Below, piece by piece: positions 39,675-50,513 of a stretch of 55,473 nt of DNA; position 1 is the stretch's first letter; each line of letters starts with the position of its first letter. The stretch is from an uncultured virus (IMG/VR IMGVR_UViG_3300026522_000616) (Duplodnaviria; Heunggongvirae; Uroviricota; Caudoviricetes). The position numbers were made by a program, and so were the translations under genes. The DNA is taken from IMG/VR virus record IMGVR_UViG_3300026522_000616; one strand, written 5' to 3'. The notes beneath the pieces are model-generated. The model saw only the letters and a program-made list of their open reading frames with translations, ran no database searches and had not been told where the DNA came from.

Positions 39675-40028
39675 ATGCTTAAAGATGAAGTTATTAAGTT
39701 TCTCAATGATAATGGGGAAAAATTAATTGTTGGTGGATATGCAAACTACTTAGATTTGAAACGAAAGAAAATGCTTAAATTTGATAACGATACTTTTGTT
39801 AATATGGCTATGCAACAATATTTCATTTCTACAATGAAACGTAAATTTGGTAGACAAGTAGAAACACAATTTATGCAAGAATGTTTTAATGATGGTAAGT
39901 ATGATGTTCAATATGCTACATTGAAATTTAGGTATGAACAATTAAGACAAAAGTATTTTGATAATGATAAAAGTCATGTTATCAACGATGCAAAAGAACT
40001 GATTAAAAAAATTGATAATATATCATAA
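39675..40028 (+). CDS. hypothetical protein, paralog of next gene
   Basis: V.KFL.DNG..YAN.LD.KR shared. Confidence 0.8.
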   Translation: MLKDEVIKFLNDNGEKLIVGGYANYLDLKRKKMLKFDNDTFVNMAMQQYFISTMKRKFGRQVETQFMQECFNDGKYDVQYATLKFRYEQLRQKYFDNDKSHVINDAKELIKKIDNIS

Positions 40029-40301
40029 TTATCATAGGGAATGATTTTTCATTCCCTATTTTTATATTGCTTTTTTTGTAAAATGTTTTATCTGATAAAA
40101 TTATAAAATGAATAAAACATTTTACACTTTTTCAATGATACTGATATTTTGTAAAATGTTTTATCTGTAAAATTTATCATTAGAAGCATATTAGAATTAT
40201 ACAAATTCCATTGACAATATGTAGCTAGCGTGCTATCATGTACAATGTAAGGAACAGGAGAGATTGTTCCGAATAAGTTCTCTAACAATTAAATAGGAGG
40301 T

Positions 40302-40673
40302 GTGCTTATGGATAATAAGCATATTCGTCAACAAGTTTTGAAGTTCTTGAGCGACAATGGGCAGAGTGTTATCGTTTGTTGCTATGCAAATTGCTTAGAT
40401 GTAAAACGACGAGCAAGTTCGATGTTGTTCGATGAACAAACGTTTATCAAATTCGGTATGCAAACTAGCTTTACTGATATTATGCGAAAGCAATTCGGTA
40501 AAAACGTTCAGATTGATTTTGATGTGGAGACATTAACTAGTAACGAAAAAGACTTTTTTTGTATGCAATACGATAAATTGTTGAAACGTTATTATACAGG
40601 TCATGAGAAATCAATCAGACAAAAAGCGATTGAATGTATGCAAAGTGTTGATAAACGAATGAGACAAATATGA
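40302..40673 (+). CDS. hypothetical protein, paralog of previous gene
   Basis: Shared motifs; AGGAGG RBS. Confidence 0.8.
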   Translation: MLMDNKHIRQQVLKFLSDNGQSVIVCCYANCLDVKRRASSMLFDEQTFIKFGMQTSFTDIMRKQFGKNVQIDFDVETLTSNEKDFFCMQYDKLLKRYYTGHEKSIRQKAIECMQSVDKRMRQI

Positions 40674-40953
40674 TGGGTAAAGCGATAGGAAATTTCCTAT
40701 CGCTTTACTAAATGATTTTGATATAAAACATTTTACATTTTTTCAATGGAACTAGTTTGTTTGTAAAATGTTTTATTATATCTATTTATATAAAAAAATT
40801 GTTGACAATATTATATATATGTGGTAATATATAACCATAGAAACAAAACATGTTTTGAGAGAAATAAAATAAAAAAATTCTTGACAAAGTATCTAAGATG
40901 TGATAATATATAAACATAAAGAGGTTCACAGGTTCGATTGGGAGGTAATTGAA

Positions 40954-41481
40954 ATGAGTTATTCAATTATGTATGACCGTGTAGGCATTAAACTTTCAAA
41001 CGATGAAGTTCTTTTACTTTGGTGCATTGGTTCATCGAATTGTACAGAGTTTAATTATACAACAAGAAGGGAGGTTTATGAACGCTTATGGTTTTCTTTC
41101 GATGGTGAAAAACCTGTTAAGACGGTAGCACAATGGCACAAGTATCTTGTCAATACTTGTGATAAGTGGTTCGGTGATGAAGAAGATACACAGATTTTCA
41201 CAAGTCATACAAGTGATAGCATTAAGGTTATTGACTTTTATAATGGTTTGTGGAATAGCGTTAAACGAGCTAAAGATAGTGTGAAACAGTTTGTGGATAA
41301 AGGCAATTTGCTTTATATCATGTATAATGAAAAAGATAACACAGATTGTATGATTGCAAAAGAGATTTGTGTAAGAGGTATTTACAATGAACAGGAATTA
41401 AGAGACTACTTGAAATATGTTATGGATAACGGTTATTCATTTCGTATCGGTTTGAAAAATCGTAAGCGTATCAAGAAATAA
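40954..41481 (+). CDS. hypothetical protein
   Basis: GGAGG RBS before ATG 40954. Confidence 0.8.
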   Translation: MSYSIMYDRVGIKLSNDEVLLLWCIGSSNCTEFNYTTRREVYERLWFSFDGEKPVKTVAQWHKYLVNTCDKWFGDEEDTQIFTSHTSDSIKVIDFYNGLWNSVKRAKDSVKQFVDKGNLLYIMYNEKDNTDCMIAKEICVRGIYNEQELRDYLKYVMDNGYSFRIGLKNRKRIKK

Positions 41482-41680
41482 AAAATAGGCAGGTGAAATA
41501 TCCTGCCTATTTTGATATATAAAAATAAAACATTTTGCATTTTTGTTTAATGTACTTTTGTAAAATGTTTTATTCAAAAGTTTGTAATTCAAAAATATAT
41601 AAAAAACATCTTTACAAAAAGCTATATATGTGATATTCTATAACCATAGAGATAAACAGTATTGAAAGGAATGAGTTACA

Positions 41681-42163
41681 ATGTTCAAAGATATGGAATT
41701 ACAAGATTTTTATCGTGAAGGGGCAGTAATATTTAATGATAATAAAAATACAGATTTTTCTTTTTTGGAAGATATTATTGTTATTAACAATGATAAAGAA
41801 CCTTGTTTTATTCCAAACTCTGAAAATAAATTAAGTCTGTATGATTTTCTTCATGGATTTTGCAATATTTTTGCATTAAGATTACATAAACAGTTTGGAT
41901 ATAAAATTGTAAATGTGTATTCATACGAAAAAAGCCTTATTCATTCTTTTTGTATAGATGAAGAAGATAATTTTATAGATATCAGAGGTAAAACAAAAGA
42001 TTATAATGCTTTTTGGGGAGAATTTGAGGATTGGATAGACATTGATTATTGGAAGGAAAATCCTTCTGATAATGAACCAACTGTTTTAGTGAATAAGTTT
42101 GATAAAGAGATTTATAAAGATACAAAATATATTATTGATAATTATGTTGAATATTTTCGTTAA
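41681..42163 (+). CDS. hypothetical protein (C..H..D motif)
   Basis: FLHGFCNIFA..IHSFC..FIDIRG. Confidence 0.8.
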   Translation: MFKDMELQDFYREGAVIFNDNKNTDFSFLEDIIVINNDKEPCFIPNSENKLSLYDFLHGFCNIFALRLHKQFGYKIVNVYSYEKSLIHSFCIDEEDNFIDIRGKTKDYNAFWGEFEDWIDIDYWKENPSDNEPTVLVNKFDKEIYKDTKYIIDNYVEYFR

Positions 42164-42179
42164 GAAAGGAAGTTGAAAT

Positions 42180-42680
42180 ATGGGCTTTTTAAAAGAGAAA
42201 TACAAAAAAGAAATTGACTACTCCAATAATTTAGCAAAACAAATTGATGCTCATACAGATAAGTTTTCTGAAGTATTTGATTCTTTTCCTAAAGAAGCTG
42301 TTGTAGAGCTTTATAATATTCAAGCTGAAAAAGACGAAAATATGATGAAAATTTATTCTAAGGCAGAAGCAGAGATTTTTAGACCAGTTATTGACTCTAA
42401 AGATAATGAGCATTTTTCTTATGATGATGATTTCTATGTAATGAAAGATGATGGCACTTTCTTTAGTGGAAACGCAGAGACTATTTTGAATAAATTTGTT
42501 GATATTGATGATTTAAAAGAATTTGTTATGGAAAGTTGTCGAGAGAATGTTCCTGTTTTATTGATTATTCGTAAATATTCTGAATGGGCAGATGAATTTG
42601 ATAGACTGATGAATGATTGGGAATATTATTCTCAAATTCCATTAAAAGTTTGCCTTTTTGATAAGATATTAGAAGGTTAA
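42180..42680 (+). CDS. hypothetical protein
   Basis: AAGGA RBS. Confidence 0.8.
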   Translation: MGFLKEKYKKEIDYSNNLAKQIDAHTDKFSEVFDSFPKEAVVELYNIQAEKDENMMKIYSKAEAEIFRPVIDSKDNEHFSYDDDFYVMKDDGTFFSGNAETILNKFVDIDDLKEFVMESCRENVPVLLIIRKYSEWADEFDRLMNDWEYYSQIPLKVCLFDKILEG

Positions 42681-42704
42681 TATTTGTTAGAAAGAGTGAT
42701 TGGC

Positions 42705-43295
42705 ATGAGTGAATTTAAATCTTATATATATTCTTCTTTTTTGGCAGGTTGGAGCATTGGTATAGGGTGTATTTCTCTTGCTGTGTCTCCTAATAAATTA
42801 ATTGGGGCTGTCCTTTTCTCAGTAGGTCTTTTAGCTGTATGTGTTCATGCTTTTAAATTATTTACAGGTTTTGTATGCAGTTCTACACCTACGTTAAAAA
42901 GTTTGAAGGATAATGCAACGGTTTTATTCGGTAATTTTATTGGAATTGGTCTTTGTGCTTTAGTTTTCCTTGGTTGTGGAATTGAAAGCAATGTTTCGAC
43001 TATATTACAAAATAAATTGTCCGAAACTTTATTGATGGTATTTTGCAAAGCTATCTTTTGTAATATTCTTATTTTCTTAGCTGTCAATGAGTGGAAAACT
43101 CAAAAGAATTCTTTGCTTGTAATTTTCTGCGTTACGGTCTTTGTATTTTGTGGGTTTGAACACTGTGTAGCAAACTTTTTCTTTATGTCAGCGTGTGGAA
43201 CTTTTAATATTCCTTTCTTAGCAACTAATGTATTAGGAAATGCTTTAGGTGGAATTCTTTTTTTCCAGTTTAAAAAGGCAGGGGCTTCTTTATGA
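42705..43295 (+). CDS. formate/nitrite transporter (FNT) family channel
   Basis: LFTG, GNFIG, KAIFCNILI, GFEHCVAN, LGNALGG. Confidence 0.9.
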   Translation: MSEFKSYIYSSFLAGWSIGIGCISLAVSPNKLIGAVLFSVGLLAVCVHAFKLFTGFVCSSTPTLKSLKDNATVLFGNFIGIGLCALVFLGCGIESNVSTILQNKLSETLLMVFCKAIFCNILIFLAVNEWKTQKNSLLVIFCVTVFVFCGFEHCVANFFFMSACGTFNIPFLATNVLGNALGGILFFQFKKAGASL

Positions 43296-43300
43296 TTAAG

Positions 43301-43371
43301 ACTGCCGTGGAGGTAGCAAGAAACGTTAGTCACTTAGGAATCCAACGACTTCAGTCGTTGGAGGATGTCAA
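43301..43371 (+). mobile_element. TnpB omega-RNA / IS right-end remnant
   Basis: GAATCCAACGACTTCAGTCGTTGGAGGATGTCAA. Confidence 0.7.
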
Positions 43372-43459
43372 ATTTCGATTGTAGCATAGTTAAATTATGT
43401 AACGTATATAACTATATCTGTTTGTTGATTAAAACGTGATACAAACGATTTTAGAAGGT

Positions 43460-43861
43460 TTAATTGTTCTTTTTATAAAGCATATTTACTTTTCTAGGGT
43501 TATCAAAAACTTGTTTGATTGTTTTATTTATAAGTGACTGATTGAATATATTTTTATCTAATAAATTATTGTTGACAATATGCAAATAACTTTGTATGAA
43601 TGTGTTAGTTATAATGTCTCTTAATTTTTTGTCAATAATATTTTCGTTGCCATTATCGTAAACCGTCATAAAATAAAATATGTCTATGTGATTTGTAAAC
43701 AAATCAAAATAAAATTCATCTATGTAATCATACATATTATTTATACATGTTTTGATAAATAGATTTTTACCCATAATCCCTTTATGATTAATATCATTTA
43801 TTTGTTGTTCTGCCAATAGAGTAAATGATTTAGGCTGTAATTTTTCATACGGATTATCCAT
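43460..43861 (-). CDS. hypothetical protein
   Basis: GGGTGG RBS. Confidence 0.65.
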   Translation of the reverse strand: MDNPYEKLQPKSFTLLAEQQINDINHKGIMGKNLFIKTCINNMYDYIDEFYFDLFTNHIDIFYFMTVYDNGNENIIDKKLRDIITNTFIQSYLHIVNNNLLDKNIFNQSLINKTIKQVFDNPRKVNMLYKKNN

Positions 43862-43951
43862 TATTGTATTCCACCCTTCTATAAATATAATAAATAGTGG
43901 TAGATACCGATATAATAATAATGTAAAATGTTTTATATAGGAGATAATATT

Positions 43952-44326
43952 ATGAAACGTTTAGCTAATATCAAATTTGAAGAAGAACAAGAAGGAAATA
44001 AAACGAATATTAATATGTATAACGGGGCTACTTATTTAGGTACAGTAGATTTATACAAATATTCATCTGATAATCTTACATGGGTAGGTAATTTAGAAAT
44101 TGAACCACAATTTAGAGGTCAAGGATTAGGCAGGACATTATTTGATTATTGCTTGAAAAAAGGAGCAAATGCTTTGTGTGTAGCACCTGACAATACAGTA
44201 GCAGTTAATTTATATAAATCTAGTGGATTTGAATGTGTTGGAAATAATGAAGGGTTGGATATTTATATTCTTTCATCTGCTAAACCGTCACAAAGTTTTT
44301 GGGATAATTTGTCTAAAACAAAATAA
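43952..44326 (+). CDS. GNAT acetyltransferase
   Basis: FRGQGLGRTL, N..AVNLYKSSGF; AGGAG RBS. Confidence 0.88.
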   Translation: MKRLANIKFEEEQEGNKTNINMYNGATYLGTVDLYKYSSDNLTWVGNLEIEPQFRGQGLGRTLFDYCLKKGANALCVAPDNTVAVNLYKSSGFECVGNNEGLDIYILSSAKPSQSFWDNLSKTK

Positions 44327-44617
44327 GCAAGAAGGAAGAAATAGTTCTTCCTTCTTTTGATAAACAATATTTGGTATAAAACATTTTACAATTTTGTGTA
44401 TATTGATTTTTGTAAAATGTTTTATACGAATAAAATCTTTTCAAAAAAAATATACAAAAACTATTGACAAATATATTGATATGTGTTACTATATAAGTGT
44501 CGAAAGGCAATAGATACAGTAACCAAGAAAAAATAAAAAAGTTCTTGACAAAGTATCTAAGATGTGGTAATATATAACCATAGAGATAAGGTTCACGTAT
44601 GAAAGGAAGTAATTACA

Positions 44618-45127
44618 ATGTTCAACAATTACGAGGTCGCAAACAAAATTTCCAATGGGTATCTGATTACTGTTTTTGGAGAGCTTAATCAGATTGGAAA
44701 GCAGAAGCCGTATTTTTCCGTGACGCATGAAACATGGAAAGCCACGAGAAAAGGTAAACGTGATAAGCGTTATGCTAATCCTGTTTCCTTTGGTGCTTGC
44801 CTTCATGATACGGAACGCAAGTTCCCTGCTATTGCAGATTTATTTGAATTTCATCTTCGTGACGTGGACGGTTGCCCAATGTATGAGGTGGAAAATGGTG
44901 CATACTTCATTAAAAATAATGACGTAAAAGCACTTGCAAATCACCTGCTTGTGTCTGTTGATGAAGCAGAAAAGTTGATTGCACTTTGCAAGGGCGCAGA
45001 TGATGAAGGGATTAAGGGGACGCTTGCAATCTATATCTATGAAAATAATCTGCATGAAATTTGGAAACACAAAGCAGATAATCTGATTGAGAAATACAAT
45101 CTGAAAGTACACGAAAGTACACTATGA
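44618..45127 (+). CDS. hypothetical protein
   Basis: Promoter-RBS-ORF-terminator module. Confidence 0.8.
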   Translation: MFNNYEVANKISNGYLITVFGELNQIGKQKPYFSVTHETWKATRKGKRDKRYANPVSFGACLHDTERKFPAIADLFEFHLRDVDGCPMYEVENGAYFIKNNDVKALANHLLVSVDEAEKLIALCKGADDEGIKGTLAIYIYENNLHEIWKHKADNLIEKYNLKVHESTL

Positions 45128-45289
45128 GCGTTGATAAAGTACAAGGAAGGGGAAACCTTTCCTTTTTAATTTTATGATATTTGTAAAATGTTTTATGATT
45201 TGGAATTTGATTTGGTATAAAACATTTTACAAATTTTGATTGACAAATATTTCTATAAATGATATGATTGTATATGGTGGTGATACAAT

Positions 45290-46519
45290 ATGTTTGATTG
45301 GAATATAGCATATAACTATGTTATGAAGATAAAATATCAGTATATGAACAAAAAGCAAATAGATAAACTAGATACATATAGTGTAGAAGATATGTGTATC
45401 TATTTAAATACAGATAAATATAATAACTTTTTGAAATGCGTAAATATCATTGTGTATGGAACATATAATTTATTCAAATATTCACTTATTAAAGGTGGAG
45501 ACAATGATATATATCGTAATGAAAATTCTATTTATCGTGAAATGCGTGGTCTTACAATAGATGTAGAAAAAGATACAATTGTATTATGTCCATTTAGAAA
45601 ATTTTTCAATATAGGCGAGATTGAAGAAACATATATTGATAAAATTCAATCATATTTGAAAAATGCAAAAGATGTAGAAATAACAAATAAACTAGATGGT
45701 TCACTTTTGTCTGTTAGATATTATGATAATCATTTTGTGTTAGGTGGTACAGGGTCATTAGATAAAGAACAAAATTTTAGATTGGCAGAAGCAGAAACTA
45801 TGCTATCATATAATCACAAACAAATGATTATGAATAATCCTGATAAAACATTCATTTTTGAATATATTTCATTGAATGATAGGCATGTAGTTATCTATGA
45901 TAAATCACAACAGGGTATTTATCTGATTGGTGTACGTAATGTCACAAATGGAATAGAATATGGATATAAGTATATTAAAAAAGAATTTTCTGATAAGTAT
46001 CATATTCCTATGACACAAATAGATACAAAATCATTCAATGAAGTTATGTGTAATCGTGATACTTACAAAGGTTCGGATAAAGAGGGTTGGGTTATCACAA
46101 TTGATAATCATAGATATAAACTAAAGTGTACTGATTATTTGGAATTAAGTCATATACTATCAGATGAAACATCTAGTAAAACAATTATTAAAGCTATAGC
46201 AGATGATTATTATGATGATTTGTTGGCTAAAGTTCCTACTGTATATCATACTGTTTTGAATGAAAAAGCAGAAAAAATATATACATATATGCGTATAAAA
46301 CGTGATATGATATATAGATATTATGATATAGTGAAGAATATAAATAATAAATCTGATTATGGGAAGTCAGTACAAAAATTAGTACCAAAAGAATATCAAG
46401 GATATATGTTTAATTTGAAAAATCATATGCCTATTAGTTTGATAAAAACAAAAGCAGGTAGATATATAACTATGAACGAAATAGAAACATATTTACAAAA
46501 AACAAAAGATTTAACGTGA
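45290..46519 (+). CDS. RNA ligase, T4 Rnl1-like
   Basis: EMRGL, PFRKFFN, KLDGS, FEY, EGWV, KLK. Confidence 0.88.
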   Translation: MFDWNIAYNYVMKIKYQYMNKKQIDKLDTYSVEDMCIYLNTDKYNNFLKCVNIIVYGTYNLFKYSLIKGGDNDIYRNENSIYREMRGLTIDVEKDTIVLCPFRKFFNIGEIEETYIDKIQSYLKNAKDVEITNKLDGSLLSVRYYDNHFVLGGTGSLDKEQNFRLAEAETMLSYNHKQMIMNNPDKTFIFEYISLNDRHVVIYDKSQQGIYLIGVRNVTNGIEYGYKYIKKEFSDKYHIPMTQIDTKSFNEVMCNRDTYKGSDKEGWVITIDNHRYKLKCTDYLELSHILSDETSSKTIIKAIADDYYDDLLAKVPTVYHTVLNEKAEKIYTYMRIKRDMIYRYYDIVKNINNKSDYGKSVQKLVPKEYQGYMFNLKNHMPISLIKTKAGRYITMNEIETYLQKTKDLT

Positions 46520-46644
46520 TAGAGGATATATATCCTCTATTTTTTATTGTAAAATGTTTTATGATAGCAATTTTTATTGACATATAGAAAATTATTTGAT
46601 ATACTGTACATAGTTGATAAATATTTTTGTTGTGGTAGTTGCAA

Positions 46645-47240
46645 ATGGTGATTTTTGATTTACTTGAAAAGTTAGTTGCTATGGATAAAAACAATGATTA
46701 TCTTGTAACGAAATTTGCAGGATGACATTATGTACTTAGGCGTATAAATCTTGAAACAGACAAAATTTGTAATAATTTTGTGGATATGGAAAACATGTTA
46801 CGTATTATATATTACAAGTAATTATTTTGCAACTTTTTGTACAAATATATCATAAAATGTTTAATTTGACATATATTTAATACAGGATGGAGGTGAAATA
46901 ATATTGAAACTAAAAAAAACAGGATTCTCTCAAACGTTTTGAAAAAATCCTGTCATCAGGAAATTGAACCAAATAAATTCATTCCAATTTACAAAACCCA
47001 CGAAGAATTCAAAACAACATACATAGAATTAATTAAACAAAATACCGTATCTTGAAAAAAGATTAAGGTGAGTACATTAACGATACTTTGAATTTAGAAT
47101 TCTAAACAAAATTATACATATTTATTCTTATTTATATGTAATTTTGACGTTATGCTTGAAGGAATTTATAATGAAGTGCAGTCTTGTAGTGAACATAAAA
47201 ACGCATATTAAAAAAGCAGGTGAAATTCCTGCTTTTATTT
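46645..47240 (+). pseudogene. degenerate interrupted copy of the 47340-47552 module
   Basis: Near-identical 5' end with premature TGA; matching 3' end and terminator. Confidence 0.7.
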
Positions 47241-47339
47241 CAAAAACAAAATATACAAAAGCTCTTGACAAATATTGTATCATGTGTTATTATATAATCA
47301 TAGAAACAAGAATTTAAGTGTTAATGGAGGTAGTTACAA

Positions 47340-47552
47340 ATGGAGATTTTCGATTTGCTTGAAAAAATCAATGCTATGGATAAAAACAATGATTATCTTG
47401 TAACGAAAATTGCAGGAGATTATGTGGTTGTTCGCATTAATCTTCCAACAGATGAACGTTATGATATTGCTTTTGCCAATACAGAACGTAGGTTACGCAT
47501 TACACTTGAAGGAATTTATGATGAGGTAAAATATCATAGTGAACGTGATTAA
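47340..47552 (+). CDS. hypothetical protein
   Basis: GGAGG RBS; paralog at 48606. Confidence 0.78.
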   Translation: MEIFDLLEKINAMDKNNDYLVTKIAGDYVVVRINLPTDERYDIAFANTERRLRITLEGIYDEVKYHSERD

Positions 47553-47716
47553 ATAAAAGCAGGTGAAATTCCTGCTTTTATTTCAAAAACAAAAAAATAC
47601 AAAAAGTCTTGACAAATAAAAATCTATGATATATAATAAAACAAAGAGACAAAATAAAGATTACCTACGCTGGTTAATGTTTTTAAGAAAGATTAAATCA
47701 CAATAAGGAGACTTTT

Positions 47717-47965
47717 ATGATGAATTTGCAAATTGGCGATTCTGTAGTCATTAAACCAATTAATGATTTGCCTAAAGAAGAAGAACTAAAACGAAAATAT
47801 TTAGCAGACCAGATTGTTACTGTGAAAAGTATCATTAATCTTGGTAATGAACCAATAATTATGGTTTATACAGGTAAAGATGATACAACAATGGTAATTG
47901 ATAAGTCATGGATTTTAACAAAAATATCTATGACTGAAGATGGAGTTTCGCTAGAGGATATTTAA
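47717..47965 (+). CDS. hypothetical SH3-like protein
   Basis: LQIGDSVVIK. Confidence 0.7.
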   Translation: MMNLQIGDSVVIKPINDLPKEEELKRKYLADQIVTVKSIINLGNEPIIMVYTGKDDTTMVIDKSWILTKISMTEDGVSLEDI

Positions 47966-47982
47966 GAAAAGGAGTTTTTGAA

Positions 47983-48426
47983 ATGAGAACATTTGACGTA
48001 GATAGTTTTGTTGGTCATAAATTTGGTAAACTGACTATTGTTCGATATGTAGAGAACAAGGAAATTGGAAATCATGGTAAAACACTTGCTATGTATGAAT
48101 GCGAGTGCGAGTGTGGAAATCATATTATTGTACCCTTGCAGTATCTAAAAAGTGGTAACGTAACCATGTGTAAAGACTGTAAAGAAAAGGCATATGAGAG
48201 CAAATGGATTGGACGTAGATTCGGTACGTTAACTGTCATTTCGATTGTACAAAAAGCATACTATGATGATAGTGGTAAGTTCCATAATGCAAAAATGCGT
48301 TGCAAGTGTGATTGTGGTAATATTATTGACGTATATACAGGTAATTTGAAAAATAAAAAGACTTGTGGTGTTCATTGTGGTATGAGAGCAGATAAATCAC
48401 ATAAATTGGATATTGTTGAACTGTAA
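47983..48426 (+). CDS. Cys-rich repeat protein (GxxFGxLT..CxCxCGN x2)
   Basis: Two repeats of a type often found in HNH/AP2-associated proteins. Confidence 0.75.
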   Translation: MRTFDVDSFVGHKFGKLTIVRYVENKEIGNHGKTLAMYECECECGNHIIVPLQYLKSGNVTMCKDCKEKAYESKWIGRRFGTLTVISIVQKAYYDDSGKFHNAKMRCKCDCGNIIDVYTGNLKNKKTCGVHCGMRADKSHKLDIVEL

Positions 48427-48605
48427 TAAAAGCAGGGTGAGGTATCCCTGCTTTTTCTATAGACTTTTTGTAAAATGTTTTATGACAAAAATTTTTCTGC
48501 CAAAAATATAAAAAACATCTTGACAAACATAGTGCTATATGCTATACTGTTTACAGAGATAAGGAAATGGAAACAAATTATATGAATTGATGGAGGTAAT
48601 CAAAA

Positions 48606-48812
48606 ATGGATAACTACTTAATGAAAGCATTTGATATTGTTGACAAACTGAACACCAATAATAGCTATAGCTATTATTTAACAAAAAATGGGGAGGAATT
48701 TCTTATTGAAAGAAGAAACAAATTTACAGGAAATATGTATAGAATTGGTAAAACAAATTCAACTTTTCTTCTTGTAAAGTTGTTAAGAACTTTTGATACC
48801 GAAAAAAAATAA
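48606..48812 (+). CDS. hypothetical protein
   Basis: GGAGG RBS. Confidence 0.7.
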   Translation: MDNYLMKAFDIVDKLNTNNSYSYYLTKNGEEFLIERRNKFTGNMYRIGKTNSTFLLVKLLRTFDTEKK

Positions 48813-49096
48813 AAAAAAGATATAAATAAATCAAATTGGGGAGAAATGAAAATCATTTCTCCCTATTTTGTATATGTATATAAATTGTAAAATGTTTTAT
48901 GACAAAAATTTTTCTGCCAAAAAATATAAAAAACTTCTTGACAAAGTACTTGTAGTTTGATATACTATAACCATAGACAGGGGGGGGAATAAAAAAAATC
49001 AAGAAATGAATAAAAAAGTTATTGACAAAACGTTCCATATCAGATATAATAAAGACAGTAAGAGATAAGGTTCATTTTTAAGAAAAGAAAGGAAAA

Positions 49097-49672
49097 GTGA
49101 TTATCATGGGTTGGACTTCACTTCACAAGGATTATGGTATGAGCATTGATGATTTTTTTGAAAAAGAAATGGAGAGTGACGATTTTAAGTTTATTGGTAA
49201 AGGCGCACTCGTAAATATGAGTGAGTATTATCGGGCGGTATACATTCCGTCTAAGAAACAGTATTTTGCAATGGTTTGCAAGGTGCATTTTAGCAGGGAT
49301 AAAGAATATAATTTCTCTTATAAGGATATGGACGAATCAGTAAATCCATATTATTATAACTGCCCTGCAAGAATTATGAAAATCGTAGAACAGAGTGAGC
49401 CTTGCAATGATTGGTCAAAAAAGTGGAGGGAAACCGTTCATAAGGTTCTTTCTCGTAAAGAAATGGTCAAATCCCTTGCTATGGGAACAGTTATCAAATT
49501 CAAAAAACCATTTTGCTTTGGGAATGGTTGTGAAGAAGATACATTCCGTATTGTTAATAACAATCCGTTCGGAAAACGCAAGACAAAGGGTTTACGTTCT
49601 GTCAATCACGGTTTTTGTGCCAACATTCCGAATTGGAAAGGGATGGATTTTGAAGTCATGGAACGTGTATAA
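49097..49672 (+). CDS. hypothetical protein (DUF6927-like)
   Basis: MGWT..YKDMDESVNPYYYNCP..WR. Confidence 0.75.
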   Translation: MIIMGWTSLHKDYGMSIDDFFEKEMESDDFKFIGKGALVNMSEYYRAVYIPSKKQYFAMVCKVHFSRDKEYNFSYKDMDESVNPYYYNCPARIMKIVEQSEPCNDWSKKWRETVHKVLSRKEMVKSLAMGTVIKFKKPFCFGNGCEEDTFRIVNNNPFGKRKTKGLRSVNHGFCANIPNWKGMDFEVMERV

Positions 49673-50009
49673 CAAAATAGAACAGGAAGGTGAAATACCC
49701 TTCCTGCTTTTTTATTTGCTACACGTAATCATAGATAGCGTTTTCTTTTGCAGTTTTTCAGTCAATACATATAACTATACCTGTTTTGCTATTAAGGCAC
49801 GTTACAGGTGAAGTGTAAGCCTATACGAGCTGGTTATAGCATAATACTTATGCCGTTTATAAAGTAAAACGGAATATAGATTGTTTATTGATAAAACATT
49901 TTACAATCTTGCTTGCTACGAAATATATATAAAAAAGTGCTTGACAAATTGCACATAGTTTGCTATACTATAACCATAGAGATAAACAGACGCTATTGAA
50001 GAAAGGTTC

Positions 50010-50438
50010 GTGAGCACAATGAAAATGACGAAAGAACTTTTTGAAGAACAGGTAAGTGTAGCGAACGAGGTTTATGTTTCATTCTATCACCTTTATCCCG
50101 ATACGTATAAGGATGAATTAGAGCACTTGAAAGAAGAATTGAAAAATCCAAATAAATCTACTGTCAAGGATGGTGTATTATATTGGATTCTTCCAAACGA
50201 AATGCGTATTGCTCCAATGGATGTAGCAGGTTTCTACTATACTAAAATGCACGGAAATATTGATTTAGTCAAACATAGCAGGGCATTGAAAAAGGCTAAT
50301 GAGGAATTTATTAAATCCTATCGTGAACAAATGGCAAATCACAAACCGAGTGAAGAAGAACTAGCAGAAATGCGTTCTGCCTTTGGTGGTGGTACAGAAG
50401 TCATTAATGTTTTCACAGGTCAAGTGACAAAACTGTAA
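50010..50438 (+). CDS. hypothetical protein
   Basis: C-terminal EMRSAFG.G..V.NV.TG. Confidence 0.78.
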   Translation: MSTMKMTKELFEEQVSVANEVYVSFYHLYPDTYKDELEHLKEELKNPNKSTVKDGVLYWILPNEMRIAPMDVAGFYYTKMHGNIDLVKHSRALKKANEEFIKSYREQMANHKPSEEELAEMRSAFGGGTEVINVFTGQVTKL

Positions 50439-50513
50439 CGAGTAGGAGAGGGAAAATATATTCCCTCTTTTTATATCAAATCATTTTTGTTATAATGGTA
50501 TTGGGGGATAACT

